Both the position numbers and the translations under genes were made by a program. Of a stretch of DNA of 64,000 nucleotides, positions 10,128 through 19,473 are shown piece by piece; position 1 is the first letter of the stretch, and the number at the start of each line of letters is the position of its first letter. The notes beneath the pieces are model-generated. The model made no database searches. It was given only the letters and a program-made list of their open reading frames with translations, and had not been told where the DNA came from. Origin of the DNA: Eubacteriales bacterium. Its GTDB lineage: Bacteria; Bacillota; Clostridia; Oscillospirales; CAG-382. The stretch spans positions 5,387 through 69,386 of the forward strand of contig JAZRXG010000021.1 of the NCBI GenBank assembly GCA_045600105.1. The letters are read 5' to 3'.

Positions 10128-11237
10128 ATGAACGACAGCTATCTGATGTCCGCGTTCGGGCAGCTTTGCGACGTTTTCCGCATCGGCGGAAAAGTCGTGT
10201 CATATAAAGAAAATACTTTCGGAAACATAAACTCGACCTACGTGATAAACGTTCTTCTCGACAACGGGAACGAAAAGCGCTTCTTCGTGCAGCGCGTCAA
10301 CAGATACGTTTTCAGCGATCCGCTCGCCATAATGGACAACATAGACCTTGTGACGACGTATATGATAAATAATTATCCGGACAGCGTGCAGGTGCATTAT
10401 CACCACACGGCAGACAAAAAGAACTACTTCATCGGGACCGACGACTCGTTCTGGCGTCTCACGAATTACATCGATTCGGTCACGTTCAACAGCTGCGACG
10501 ACCTCGGCGTGCTGAAGGGCGCGGGCAAAGCGTTCGGCGATTTTCAGCGCAAGCTCGACGGGTTCGACGCGTCGCTCCTCAAGGAGACCATTCCCGGTTT
10601 CCACGACACGAAAAAGAGATTCGACAAGCTGTTTGCCGATGCCGAGCGCGACGAATACGGCAGAGTGAACGAAGTAAAAGAAGAGCTCGACTTTCTGCGT
10701 TCCGTCTATGAAAAGGCGTGCATTCTCGGAGATATGCGCGAAAAAGGCGAGCTTCCCCTGCGCGTCACTCACAACGACACCAAGACCAACAACGTGCTTT
10801 TTGACAAGGTGACGCACGAGCCGCTCGTCGTCATCGACCTCGACACCGTAATGCCGGGACTCGCGTCGCACGATTTCGGCGACGCCATACGCTTTGCGGC
10901 GAACACCGCCGAAGAAGACGAACCGGACACGTCCAAAGTGTCTCTCGACCTCGAAAAATACAAGGCGTTCTGCGAAGGCTTCATCCCTTCCGTCGCTGAA
11001 ACGCTCACCGAAAAAGAGATAGATACCATGCATCTCGGAGCGATAACGCTGACGCTTGAACTGACGAGCCGCTTCCTCGACGACTATATCACCGGCGACA
11101 AATATTTCAAGACGAAATACCCGGGTCACAACCTCGTCCGCACCAGATGCCAGGCAGCGCTCGCGAAGGATATGCTTTCAAAAGAATCCGAACTTGAAAA
11201 GATCGTGCGCGATATCTACGATTCCGTAATTATGTAA
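10128..11237 (+). CDS. APH-family sugar kinase, N-acetylhexosamine-1-kinase (NahK)-like
   Basis: Aminoglycoside-phosphotransferase fold signatures HNDTKTNNVLFD (catalytic loop) and IDLDTVMPG. The length and N-terminus resemble NahK-type kinases. Substrate assignment is inference. Confidence 0.65.
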   Translation: MNDSYLMSAFGQLCDVFRIGGKVVSYKENTFGNINSTYVINVLLDNGNEKRFFVQRVNRYVFSDPLAIMDNIDLVTTYMINNYPDSVQVHYHHTADKKNYFIGTDDSFWRLTNYIDSVTFNSCDDLGVLKGAGKAFGDFQRKLDGFDASLLKETIPGFHDTKKRFDKLFADAERDEYGRVNEVKEELDFLRSVYEKACILGDMREKGELPLRVTHNDTKTNNVLFDKVTHEPLVVIDLDTVMPGLASHDFGDAIRFAANTAEEDEPDTSKVSLDLEKYKAFCEGFIPSVAETLTEKEIDTMHLGAITLTLELTSRFLDDYITGDKYFKTKYPGHNLVRTRCQAALAKDMLSKESELEKIVRDIYDSVIM

Positions 11238-11254
11238 ACCAAAATAGTTAAAGT

Positions 11255-11285
11255 AAAACGCAGGCGCCGCCTGCGTTTTTTTGTT
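11255..11285. terminator. bidirectional intrinsic terminator
   Basis: aaaacgcaggcgccgcctgcgttttttt sits between convergent genes. Confidence 0.8.
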
Positions 11286-11298
11286 TATTTTTCGTTTT

Positions 11299-11985
11299 TC
11301 AGAAATATCTGATCTCTACGGTGCTCATATTGCTTTCACCGTCGAGAACAAGACGCGGCCCGGAAGGATTTGCGGACATGGGAATGTTCACTTCCCCGAG
11401 TTTGTTCACTATTCTGGATTCGACGTACCAGTCAGACGGGACGTTGATGACGAGGTTGCTCATTCTGCAGTTGACGGTGAGTATCCCGTTGCCCGCGTAC
11501 TGGTCGGTGTTTTCAAAGCAGATCTCGCCGTTGGACATACTGAGCTTGTAATAGTATTTGGTGAATTTCGCGCAGTCGAAGTATTTGACGTCATCCGCGA
11601 ATTTGGTAGCAGAAGAATATTGACCGTATTCTTCCTTCTTTTTGAATTTTCTTTCTTTTATCGGCGACGAAATGAACGAAATACCGATGCTCGCGAGCAC
11701 GGCACAGCCGAGAACGACCCAGTTGTTGAGTATGTTTTCGCTTTCTCTGCCGAGGCTTTCGGCGATCTCGTTTTCGAATATGAAGAACAGGACCGCGGCG
11801 ACGAACGGAAGGACGCTCCACATTCTGTCGCGTATAAAGCACGCGCCGATGGCAAGCAGGATCACTCCGAGAATGATCTCGCTCACCGAAAGGAGTCCGA
11901 TGAAGCCGAGCTCAACGCCCAGACTCGAAAGTATGATGAGTACGGCACCGCTCAAAAACAGGATACCCCAAATTGCTCTTCTCAT
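11299..11985 (-). CDS. membrane protein with 4 TMs and a LiaF/DUF4097-like beta-rich C-terminal domain
   Basis: N-terminal hydrophobic helices, then a repetitive beta-strand C-terminus (LTVNCRMSNLVINVPSDW...LVLDGESNMSTVEIRYF). The start overlaps the LytTR gene stop (ATGA). Confidence 0.7.
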   Translation of the reverse strand: MRRAIWGILFLSGAVLIILSSLGVELGFIGLLSVSEIILGVILLAIGACFIRDRMWSVLPFVAAVLFFIFENEIAESLGRESENILNNWVVLGCAVLASIGISFISSPIKERKFKKKEEYGQYSSATKFADDVKYFDCAKFTKYYYKLSMSNGEICFENTDQYAGNGILTVNCRMSNLVINVPSDWYVESRIVNKLGEVNIPMSANPSGPRLVLDGESNMSTVEIRYF

Positions 11986-12440
11986 TTTGATAACCTCGTT
12001 TCGTATATCAGATTTCTGAGTGAACGGTAATACATCCTCGACACGTAGGTCTTTTTGCGTGACGACGCAAACGTCGCTTCGGCGGATCCGGTGATGCTGT
12101 TTCTGGTCAGCGACGTCACCTTTGCCGAATTGAGTATGCAGGATTTTGAAACGCGAATGAACGACGGCGGCAGCATTTTTTCGAGTTCAAACAGTTTTTC
12201 CTCGGTATAATACATTCTGTCTGCCGTATGCGCCGCGACCTTTCCGTCGTCAGTTTCGAAAAACAGCACGTCGTCGGTCGGAACGAAATACTCCGAATCC
12301 CCCGATTTCAGCGTCAGCTCGGTGCCGCCGATCACGGCTTCGAAAGCGCTCCTCAGCCGCATGACCTCGTCGGTCATCCTGCCGCACCGTATCACCACTT
12401 CGTCGGGCAGGTCGTCGGATATTTCCATTCTGAGTTTCAA
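11982..12440 (-). CDS. stand-alone LytTR-domain DNA-binding regulator
   Basis: The LytTR core (FVPTDDVLFFETDDGKVAAHTADRMYYTEEKLFELEKMLPPSFIRVSKSCILN) has no receiver domain. TTG at 12440 lies 7 nt after GGAGGTG and is preferred over the longer track start at 12527. Start choice is uncertain. Confidence 0.7.
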   Translation of the reverse strand: MKLRMEISDDLPDEVVIRCGRMTDEVMRLRSAFEAVIGGTELTLKSGDSEYFVPTDDVLFFETDDGKVAAHTADRMYYTEEKLFELEKMLPPSFIRVSKSCILNSAKVTSLTRNSITGSAEATFASSRKKTYVSRMYYRSLRNLIYETRLSK

Positions 12441-12578
12441 GTTATCACCTCCGCGTATCATGAGTACGCATCCGTTTACCACGGTCACGATTATAAAACA
12501 AGGTACGTTTTTTGTAAATACTTTCAACGCAAGAGGTCGGAAAACGGTGCTAAGATGCCGTTTTCCGACCGTTTGACG

Positions 12579-14861
12579 TCAGTCTTTTTCTTTCTTTATC
12601 CTTTTTCTGCCGATGAAGAAGACGCAGGCAGCTACCGCCAGAGCGGCGATGCCGCCGAATATTATCCACGGCACGATCGTTATCTCTGCTTCGTCTTTCA
12701 CGTTTTCGCTTTCAGACGATCCCGCCGGAGCTGACGATTCGGTTTCGGACGGTTCGGCATCTTTTTCGGGAAGCGACGCCTCGGGACCGGATATCTCCTC
12801 GGATATCTCCTCGGATATCTCTTCTGATATTTCCTCGAAAATCTCTTCGGAAATCTCTTCCGACGCTTCTTCGGACGGTTCCTCAACAGAAATCTCTTCC
12901 GACGCTTCTTCAGATGCTTCTTCTGCCGAAGGCTCCTCAGATGATTCTTCAACCGAAGGTTCCTCGGACGGTTCTTCGACGGAAGGTTCTTCGGACGGTT
13001 CTTCAACGGAAGGCTCTTCGGACGATTCCTCGACGGAAGGCTCTTCAGACGGTTCTTCAACCGAAGGCTCCTCCGACGGTTCTTCAACCGAAGGTTCCTC
13101 CGACGGTTCTTCAACCGAACGCTCTTCGGAGGATTCCTCGACGGAAGGTTCCTCTTGGATTTCTTCCCATATAGCGTAGAGGGTCACGTCCGCGTCCTTT
13201 TTGTAAACGGCGTAAGGCTGATATTCCGTGCCGCTTCCGTCAGCAGACGTGTTCCAGCCCTTGAATACGTAACCGTCACGAGTCGGTGTGATGCGCGGGA
13301 TGTTCACGTTCACACCCGACTGTTTCAGGATAACTCCCGGTGCGTTTTTGCCGCCGTTGGCAACGAACGTTATCTTGTATTCCCGCGGATGGATCGCGCT
13401 CGTATATACCCAGCCGAGCTTGTATTTGCCGCCGGAGATCGGGTAGAAAAGCTGGGTCATCCCGCTTTTTTCACCCGTGCAGTATACGTCGTCGCCTTTG
13501 CCGACGTAGCCGTATTCGGCGCCTCCCGGGCGTGTGTAGGTGGTTATCTGATTTTTGGCATTTTCTTTTTTGAGTCCGTTTTCGGCGGAAGCGACAACGT
13601 CGGACACGGGAACGAACGCCTCGATCATTCTGCCGCTGCTCATAAAGGTGATGCGGCAGGCGCCGGTATTGTATACGCGGTCAACGGTGTATTCGTTGTT
13701 GGCGTCGAGCGTCACGCCGTTTTTGTTCATATAGGCGTTCGCGTACGCCTGGACTTTCCCGCTTCCCGTAAGATAGCACACGAAGGGAAGGACGGCGGAA
13801 TACGTTTTGTCATCGGCGATGGGATTGCATATATCGCAGTCGCTCACCTTGCTGCCGCCGTCGAGTAATTCGACGTATCCGCATTCGCACACGCGGTAGC
13901 TTCTGTGGGGATGCGCGTCCTCGATCACGGGATCGGAGAACGTGTGGACGTGTCCTTCGGCACCGAAAAGCTCGGTGTTGACGCCGAGAGAGCGGGTGTA
14001 CGCCGTGATGGCGTCGACTATTTCCTCGGCGGTGCGGGTATTGTCGCTCTTGTAAATATCCTTGAGCTGCTCGGTATAAAGAGTGTGGTCGATGACCGCG
14101 ACACCGGCTTTTGCGCCCGTGGACGAAAACTTGCCGGAATAAGCGTTTTTGATGCCTGCGACGGCAAGCATGAAATCGTTGTATTTGCCGCCCGCTTCCA
14201 CGCTTTTGCCTACGTTGAAGCAGCCCGTGGAGCTGTATGTGGACGAATTGACGTAATCCCACGATCTCGCGTGGATGTTGATGCCGACGCTTGAGCTCAT
14301 ATAGCTTGAAGTCTCGGTGCATCTGATGACGTCGTTGGTGTTGTGGCACTCAAGATGGAGCGCGGCGTATCTGCCGCCGTGGTTGGTCGTGGTGACGGGC
14401 ATTATGCCGTCGACGACGGTCGGCACGGGAGTCCCTTCGTTGAGAGACGGCTTGCGCGGGTTATCGGGTATGGTGGACGTGAAGTCGTCCATATACGTTA
14501 TCTGCGGTATTCCGTCAACGAGCTTGACGACGACGCACACCGCCGAAAAGTGGTATCTTTTATAATCGGTGTACATTCCCTTGAGGGTGTTGTCGCTTGC
14601 TCCGTCAAAGAAGAAAATGACGCATTTTCCGCTTTTGAGCGTATCCCTGACCGTGGTGTCGAGCGCGTTGACGAGATGGAACTTTATCATCGCGTTGACG
14701 TAGGTACGGTGGGATTCGTCCTTGATTATGGAACAGTTTATGTGCCCGAGGTCACCGAGCGTATAGTCTGTCGCGGCATTTGCTTCCATTCCGACACCTC
14801 CGATCTCAATTGCGGAAAAACATATCAGGAGTGCAATTAACAGTGACGTGATCCTTTTCAT
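12579..14861 (-). CDS. multi-domain cell-surface protein with C-terminal TM anchor
   Basis: Signal peptide. The N-terminal domain has an IHA-x12-STGCFNV motif (L,D-transpeptidase/YkuD-like, tentative). Then SH3b-like segments, a Listeria-Bacteroides (Flg_new) repeat YKITFVANGG...GYVFKGWNT...YAIW, an acidic EEPS(V) repeat, and a TM plus a KKEKD tail. Confidence 0.8.
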   Translation of the reverse strand: MKRITSLLIALLICFSAIEIGGVGMEANAATDYTLGDLGHINCSIIKDESHRTYVNAMIKFHLVNALDTTVRDTLKSGKCVIFFFDGASDNTLKGMYTDYKRYHFSAVCVVVKLVDGIPQITYMDDFTSTIPDNPRKPSLNEGTPVPTVVDGIMPVTTTNHGGRYAALHLECHNTNDVIRCTETSSYMSSSVGINIHARSWDYVNSSTYSSTGCFNVGKSVEAGGKYNDFMLAVAGIKNAYSGKFSSTGAKAGVAVIDHTLYTEQLKDIYKSDNTRTAEEIVDAITAYTRSLGVNTELFGAEGHVHTFSDPVIEDAHPHRSYRVCECGYVELLDGGSKVSDCDICNPIADDKTYSAVLPFVCYLTGSGKVQAYANAYMNKNGVTLDANNEYTVDRVYNTGACRITFMSSGRMIEAFVPVSDVVASAENGLKKENAKNQITTYTRPGGAEYGYVGKGDDVYCTGEKSGMTQLFYPISGGKYKLGWVYTSAIHPREYKITFVANGGKNAPGVILKQSGVNVNIPRITPTRDGYVFKGWNTSADGSGTEYQPYAVYKKDADVTLYAIWEEIQEEPSVEESSEERSVEEPSEEPSVEEPSEEPSVEEPSEEPSVEESSEEPSVEEPSEEPSVEEPSEEPSVEESSEEPSAEEASEEASEEISVEEPSEEASEEISEEIFEEISEEISEEISEEISGPEASLPEKDAEPSETESSAPAGSSESENVKDEAEITIVPWIIFGGIAALAVAACVFFIGRKRIKKEKD
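12770..13145 (-). repeat. in-frame tandem coding repeat (27-nt EEPSEEPSV units decaying to 12-nt SEEI units)
   Basis: Visible periodic ggttcttc(a/g)ac(g/c)gaagg units. They translate to (EEPSVEEPS)n...(SEEI)n inside the surface protein. Confidence 0.85.
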
Positions 14862-14870
14862 CGCGTTTCC

Positions 14871-17048
14871 TTACACTTTCTCGAGTATCCACATGCTGCT
14901 CGCAAATTCGGCGGCGCAATTTACTCTGACGCCGAAGCCCATGAGCTGAGAACCCGTGTAGGTCTCCCCGGTCTTCGCGTCCCTGTAAACGGCGTTTTCG
15001 TCGAGTCCCTTAAGCACGAGATGCTCGTTTCTGTCGTATACTCTGACGTGGGTGTTGACGTAAACGGCGATGCAGACGTTCTTATCCGCCGAAACGGTGC
15101 ACCAAGCGGCACATTCTTCCTCGTAATTGTTTCTGAGGCGGTAATAATCGCCTTTCACGAGCATATCGCCGTACTTTTTATAAATATCGGCAGTTTCCGT
15201 AACGAGCTTTTTGTCGCCGTCGGAAAGCTGTGTGGGGTCGAGCTCGTAGCCGAACGAACCGTTGAACGCCACGTTGAAGCGAGTTTCGAACGGAGTGACG
15301 TGTCCGACCTGATGGTTGGGCGACGCCGAAACGTGTCCCGTCATGGTCGAAAGCGGATAGATGAGCGACGTGCCGTACTGTATCTTGAGCCGTTCTATCG
15401 CGTCGGAGTTGTCGCTCGTCCACGTCTGAGGCATATAGTAAAGCATGCCGCAGTCGTACCTTCCGCCGCCGCCCGAGCAGGACTCGAAGAGAACGTCCGG
15501 GAAATCGGTGACGAGGCGTTCGAGGACCGAATAAAGCCCGAGATAGTATCTGTGGAGCACTTCACCCTGTCTGTCGCGGGGCAGCAGAGCCGAGCCGACT
15601 TCCGCCACGTTGCGGTTGAAGTCCCATTTGATATAGTCGACGGTCTTCTGCCTGAGAAGCGACGCGACGCTTTCGTAAATATATTCGCAGACGTCCTGCC
15701 TCGAAAGGTCGAGTATGAGCTGACGTCTTCCTTCTGAGCGCGGTCTGTTCGCGGCGTGGAGGCACCAGTCGGGATGAGCGCGGTAAAGGTCGGAATCGGG
15801 CGAGATCATCTCGGGCTCGAACCATATACCGAGTCCGCAGCCTTTTTCGGCAAGAAGAGCGTGTATCTTATCAAATCCGTTGGGCAGTTTGCTTCTGTTG
15901 ATATACCAGTCGCCGAGCGAGCAGCTGTCGTCGTTTCTCTTGCCGAACCAGCCGTCGTCTATGACGAGCATTTCGATACCGAGGTCCGCGGAGCACTCCG
16001 CAATTTTCAGCAGACGCTCCTCGTTGAAGCCGAAATAGCAGGCTTCCCAGCTGTTGAGCAGCACGGGACGGCGTTTGTTTCTGTATTTGCCTCTGATGAG
16101 TCTGTCGTTGATCAGTCTGTGGAACGAACGGGTCATGCCCGTGAAGCCGGCTGCCGAATAGCAAAGCGCCGCCTCGGGAGTCACGAAGGTGTCTCCTGCC
16201 TCGGTCTTCCACGAAAATCCATCGGGATTGATCCCCGCGAGAAGACGGCAGGTGTTGTACTGTCCGCCCTCGACCGACATCGAATGCGAGCCCGAGTATA
16301 CGAGCACCGACGCGTAAACGTCGCCGTGGTCTTCGTCGGCGTTTCTTGACGCGAGTATTATGAACGGGTTGTGGACGTGTCCGGACGAGCCTCTGCGGCT
16401 CGCGAGCTCGGTCTTGCCGTGAACGATCGGGTGGCGCTCGATCATTCTTTCCTTTTCGTGAGTGCCGTAGTTGGAAACGAGGTCGTAATCCATTCTGTCG
16501 AGGTCAAGAGCGGCGGATGCGGCTGCCTTGATGACGAACGTATCCTTGCCGTCGTTGGTTATCTCGGCGTGTCTCGTGATGATATCATAATCGTAATAGA
16601 CCGAATAGAAAAGCCTGACGGTCACTCCCCCGACTTCGTCGCGGAGCGTTATGACGAGAGTTTCTACGTCGTCGCCGTCTTCGGCGTAAAACGCGGGAAG
16701 CCCCTTGAGCGACGGCTTGCCCTTGATGATCTCGTGCGTGACGTAACGCGGGTCGACTATGTCGCTGCCGTCGGAATTGATTATTTCAAGTGCGGGAGAG
16801 CGGAGGTCGCCTCTGCCGAAGCAGGGATATTCAAGGGGCGTGTCGTCGAGAATGAAGCCGGTGCAGCCCTCGAGACGCGGAGAGAACGCCGCTTTGGACT
16901 GGAACCACCGCATATACGAATGATCGGCGACACCGAGACGTTTTCCGTAATAAACGTGAACGAGGAAGCCGTCGCGGACGTGCATGACGTAGGACGTGTT
17001 TTTGGTGTCGAGCTGAAACTGCGTTTCGGAAGCGGAGAATGTGACCAT
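14871..17048 (-). CDS. aga: alpha-galactosidase, GH36
   Basis: GH36 hallmarks YIKWDFNR and CSGGGGRYD...TWTSDN. 725 aa, no signal peptide. Confidence 0.9.
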   Translation of the reverse strand: MVTFSASETQFQLDTKNTSYVMHVRDGFLVHVYYGKRLGVADHSYMRWFQSKAAFSPRLEGCTGFILDDTPLEYPCFGRGDLRSPALEIINSDGSDIVDPRYVTHEIIKGKPSLKGLPAFYAEDGDDVETLVITLRDEVGGVTVRLFYSVYYDYDIITRHAEITNDGKDTFVIKAAASAALDLDRMDYDLVSNYGTHEKERMIERHPIVHGKTELASRRGSSGHVHNPFIILASRNADEDHGDVYASVLVYSGSHSMSVEGGQYNTCRLLAGINPDGFSWKTEAGDTFVTPEAALCYSAAGFTGMTRSFHRLINDRLIRGKYRNKRRPVLLNSWEACYFGFNEERLLKIAECSADLGIEMLVIDDGWFGKRNDDSCSLGDWYINRSKLPNGFDKIHALLAEKGCGLGIWFEPEMISPDSDLYRAHPDWCLHAANRPRSEGRRQLILDLSRQDVCEYIYESVASLLRQKTVDYIKWDFNRNVAEVGSALLPRDRQGEVLHRYYLGLYSVLERLVTDFPDVLFESCSGGGGRYDCGMLYYMPQTWTSDNSDAIERLKIQYGTSLIYPLSTMTGHVSASPNHQVGHVTPFETRFNVAFNGSFGYELDPTQLSDGDKKLVTETADIYKKYGDMLVKGDYYRLRNNYEEECAAWCTVSADKNVCIAVYVNTHVRVYDRNEHLVLKGLDENAVYRDAKTGETYTGSQLMGFGVRVNCAAEFASSMWILEKV

Positions 17049-17129
17049 AAAAATGTCTCCTTTGTATGTGATGATTTTGATTTATATGATACGTCGGTGG
17101 CCGTGGGATACGCGGTCACCGACTGAAGA

Positions 17130-18485
17130 TCAGACCGAAGCCAGAAGCAGCTGCGCCACTTCGAAGAATACTATGAGCGAGATCGCGTCGACTATCGTCG
17201 TGATGAACGGCGACGCCATTACCGCGGGATCGAAGCCTATCCTCTTTGCGAGTATGGGCAGGGTGCAGCCGACGAGCTTTGAGCAGAACACCGTGACGAC
17301 GAGCGTGACGCAGACGACGACAGCCACGGCGACACTTACGTCGTTGTGGAAAATAAGGTTGTCGACGAGCATTATCTTGCCGAAATTGGCGGCGGCGAGC
17401 ACGATGCCGCAAAGAACGGATACGCGCATTTCCTTCCACATGACACGGAAGATGTCGCCCATTTTTATTTCGTCGAGCGCGAGTCCGCGGATTATGGTGA
17501 CGGACGCCTGGCTTCCGGCGTTTCCGCCCGTATCCATAAGCATGGGAATAAACGCGGTGAGCGCCATGCTTCCGGCGAGCGCCGACTCGAAGCCGGTGAT
17601 TATCTGCCCCGTGAAGGTCGCGGAGACCATCAGCAGAAGCAGCCACGGGATGCGCTTGAACATCGTTTCGAACACGCCTGTGCGCAGGTACGGCTTGTCG
17701 GACGGCGTGATAGCCGCCATCTTTTCGATATCCTCGGTCGCCTCTTCTTCGATAACGTCGACAGCGTCGTCGAACGTCACGATACCGACGAGTCTGTTTT
17801 CCTTATCGACGACGGGCATTGCCAGAAAGTCGTATTTCGACATTTCGCGCGCGACTTCTTCCTTATCCTCGTCGGTGCTGACCGAGATCACGTTTGTTTC
17901 CATTATTTCGCCGACCGTGACGTCGTCCGACGCCACGAGCAGGTCTTTTACCGTCACGACGCCCTCGAGCACCTTGGCACTCGTGGTGACGTAGCAGGTA
18001 TAGATGGTCTCTTTGTCGACACCGGTACGGCGTATGTGCTTTATCGCCTCTTCAACGGTCATAAAGCTCTGCAGCGTGACGTACTCGGTGGTCATTATGC
18101 TGCCCGCGGAATCCTCCGGATAATGGAGCAGTTCGTTTATCTGTTTGCGTGTTTCGCTGTCCGCCGCCCTGATTATCCTTTTGACGACGTTCGCGGGCAT
18201 TTCTTCGATGATATCGACGGTATCGTCGAGATAAAGCTCACCGAAGAGTTCTTTCAGCATTGCGTCCGAAAACGATTTTATCAGCAGTTCCTGCCCGTCG
18301 GGCGAAAGCTCGACGAACGTATCGGCGGCAAGCTCCTTCGGCAGCACTCTGAAAACGAGAGGAAGACTTTCCTCTTCGATCTCCTCGAGTGCCAGCGCGA
18401 TGTCCTGCGGCGTTTCTTCCGCAAGAAATTCCTTGAGTTCTCTGTACTTCTTTTCTTCAAGAAGTTCCGTGATCCTTTCGTTCAA
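17130..18485 (-). CDS. mgtE: magnesium transporter MgtE
   Basis: MgtE N-domain, tandem CBS domains and a 5-TM C-terminal domain (PMLMDTGGNAGSQ). TTG start 7 nt after GGGAGG. Confidence 0.9.
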   Translation of the reverse strand: MNERITELLEEKKYRELKEFLAEETPQDIALALEEIEEESLPLVFRVLPKELAADTFVELSPDGQELLIKSFSDAMLKELFGELYLDDTVDIIEEMPANVVKRIIRAADSETRKQINELLHYPEDSAGSIMTTEYVTLQSFMTVEEAIKHIRRTGVDKETIYTCYVTTSAKVLEGVVTVKDLLVASDDVTVGEIMETNVISVSTDEDKEEVAREMSKYDFLAMPVVDKENRLVGIVTFDDAVDVIEEEATEDIEKMAAITPSDKPYLRTGVFETMFKRIPWLLLLMVSATFTGQIITGFESALAGSMALTAFIPMLMDTGGNAGSQASVTIIRGLALDEIKMGDIFRVMWKEMRVSVLCGIVLAAANFGKIMLVDNLIFHNDVSVAVAVVVCVTLVVTVFCSKLVGCTLPILAKRIGFDPAVMASPFITTIVDAISLIVFFEVAQLLLASV

Positions 18486-18711
18486 TTCCTTGTACCTCCC
18501 AAAAAATATGGCTGACGGGTGTCCCCGCCTGCTGGAAGTACGGTGAACGTAACGGCGTCCGGGTTTTATTCGCCGAAAACGGCAAAAAGACGTCGTCGCG
18601 GTACGCCGTTGCTACTTCCGGATTCCATTCTTTTCGCCCCTTTCGTTTATTGTGCGCGTTTACGCACACTTCTATATTATATATAATACCCTTTTTTGTC
18701 ACGTTTGTCAA
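18486..18711 (-). promoter_or_regulatory. sigma-A promoter plus ~190-nt structured mgtE leader (class unknown, not a recognisable M-box)
   Basis: Promoter TTGACA-17-TATTAT at plus 18683-18711. Nested long-range helices: GGAAGTA/TACTTCC (18613-18619 with 18534-18540) and AACGGCGT/ACGCCGTT (18603-18610 with 18551-18558). A small hairpin plus U-run (18499-18529) sits just before the RBS. Confidence 0.5.
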
Positions 18712-18843
18712 GTAAAAACGCCCTTTGCCGTTTTTTTGATTTGACAAAAATAATAAATCTTGTAAAAATGTGTTGATTTTTGTGTTTTTGATGGTATAAT
18801 TAAATCAATATGACAGCCGTAAAACGGCAGAAGGGGCACAGCT

Positions 18844-19473
18844 ATGGGAAAAGTAACAGTATTCGATCATCCTCTCATCACTCATAAACTCACCATCATG
18901 CGTCAGAAGGACACGGGTTCCAAGGACTTCCGTGAGCTCCTCACCGAGATATCCATGCTCATGACCTACGAGATCACCCGCAATCTTCCTCTCGAAGACG
19001 TCGAGATCGAAACTCCGATATGCAAATGCACGCAGAAGATGGTTTCGGGCAAAAAGCTCGCTATCATCCCCATCCTCAGAGCAGGTCTCGGCATGGTAGA
19101 CGGCTTCCTCACCGTATGCCCCGTTGCCAAAGTCGGCCACATGGGACTTTACCGCGATCCCGTCACCAAAGAGCCGCATCAGTATTATTTCAAGGCTCCC
19201 GCGGACATTGCCGAAAGACAGATAATCGTTCTTGACCCGATGCTCGCCACCGGCGGTTCCAGCATTGCCGCCATCAACGAGCTCAAGAAGATCGGCTGCA
19301 GGGATATTTCGCTCATGAACCTCGTTGCCGCTCCCGAAGGCGTCAAAGCCGTTACGGACGCTCATCCCGACGTGGACATCTTCGTTGCCGCAGTCGATGA
19401 AAAGCTCAACGAAAACGCCTACATCGTCCCCGGTCTCGGTGACGCCGGCGACAGAATTTTCGGCACGAAATAA
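18844..19473 (+). CDS. upp: uracil phosphoribosyltransferase
   Basis: [20 protein letters not shown]..., LRAGLGM, and the PRPP motif [11 protein letters not shown]. Confidence 0.95.
   Translation: MGKVTVFDHPLITHKLTIMRQKDTGSKDFRELLTEISMLMTYEITRNLPLEDVEIETPICKCTQKMVSGKKLAIIPILRAGLGMVDGFLTVCPVAKVGHMGLYRDPVTKEPHQYYFKAPADIAERQIIVLDPMLATGGSSIAAINELKKIGCRDISLMNLVAAPEGVKAVTDAHPDVDIFVAAVDEKLNENAYIVPGLGDAGDRIFGTK

Noticed and set aside
12770-13145. Regular 24-27-nt periodicity that could be mistaken for a CRISPR array
   Set aside because: The repeats are contiguous, with no unique spacers. They are in frame within a long CDS, encode (EEPSV)n, and no cas genes are present.
18486-18680. M-box (ykoK) riboswitch upstream of mgtE
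   Set aside because: Expected from context, but none of the conserved M-box blocks could be found on the minus strand. The region is kept only as an unclassified structured leader.
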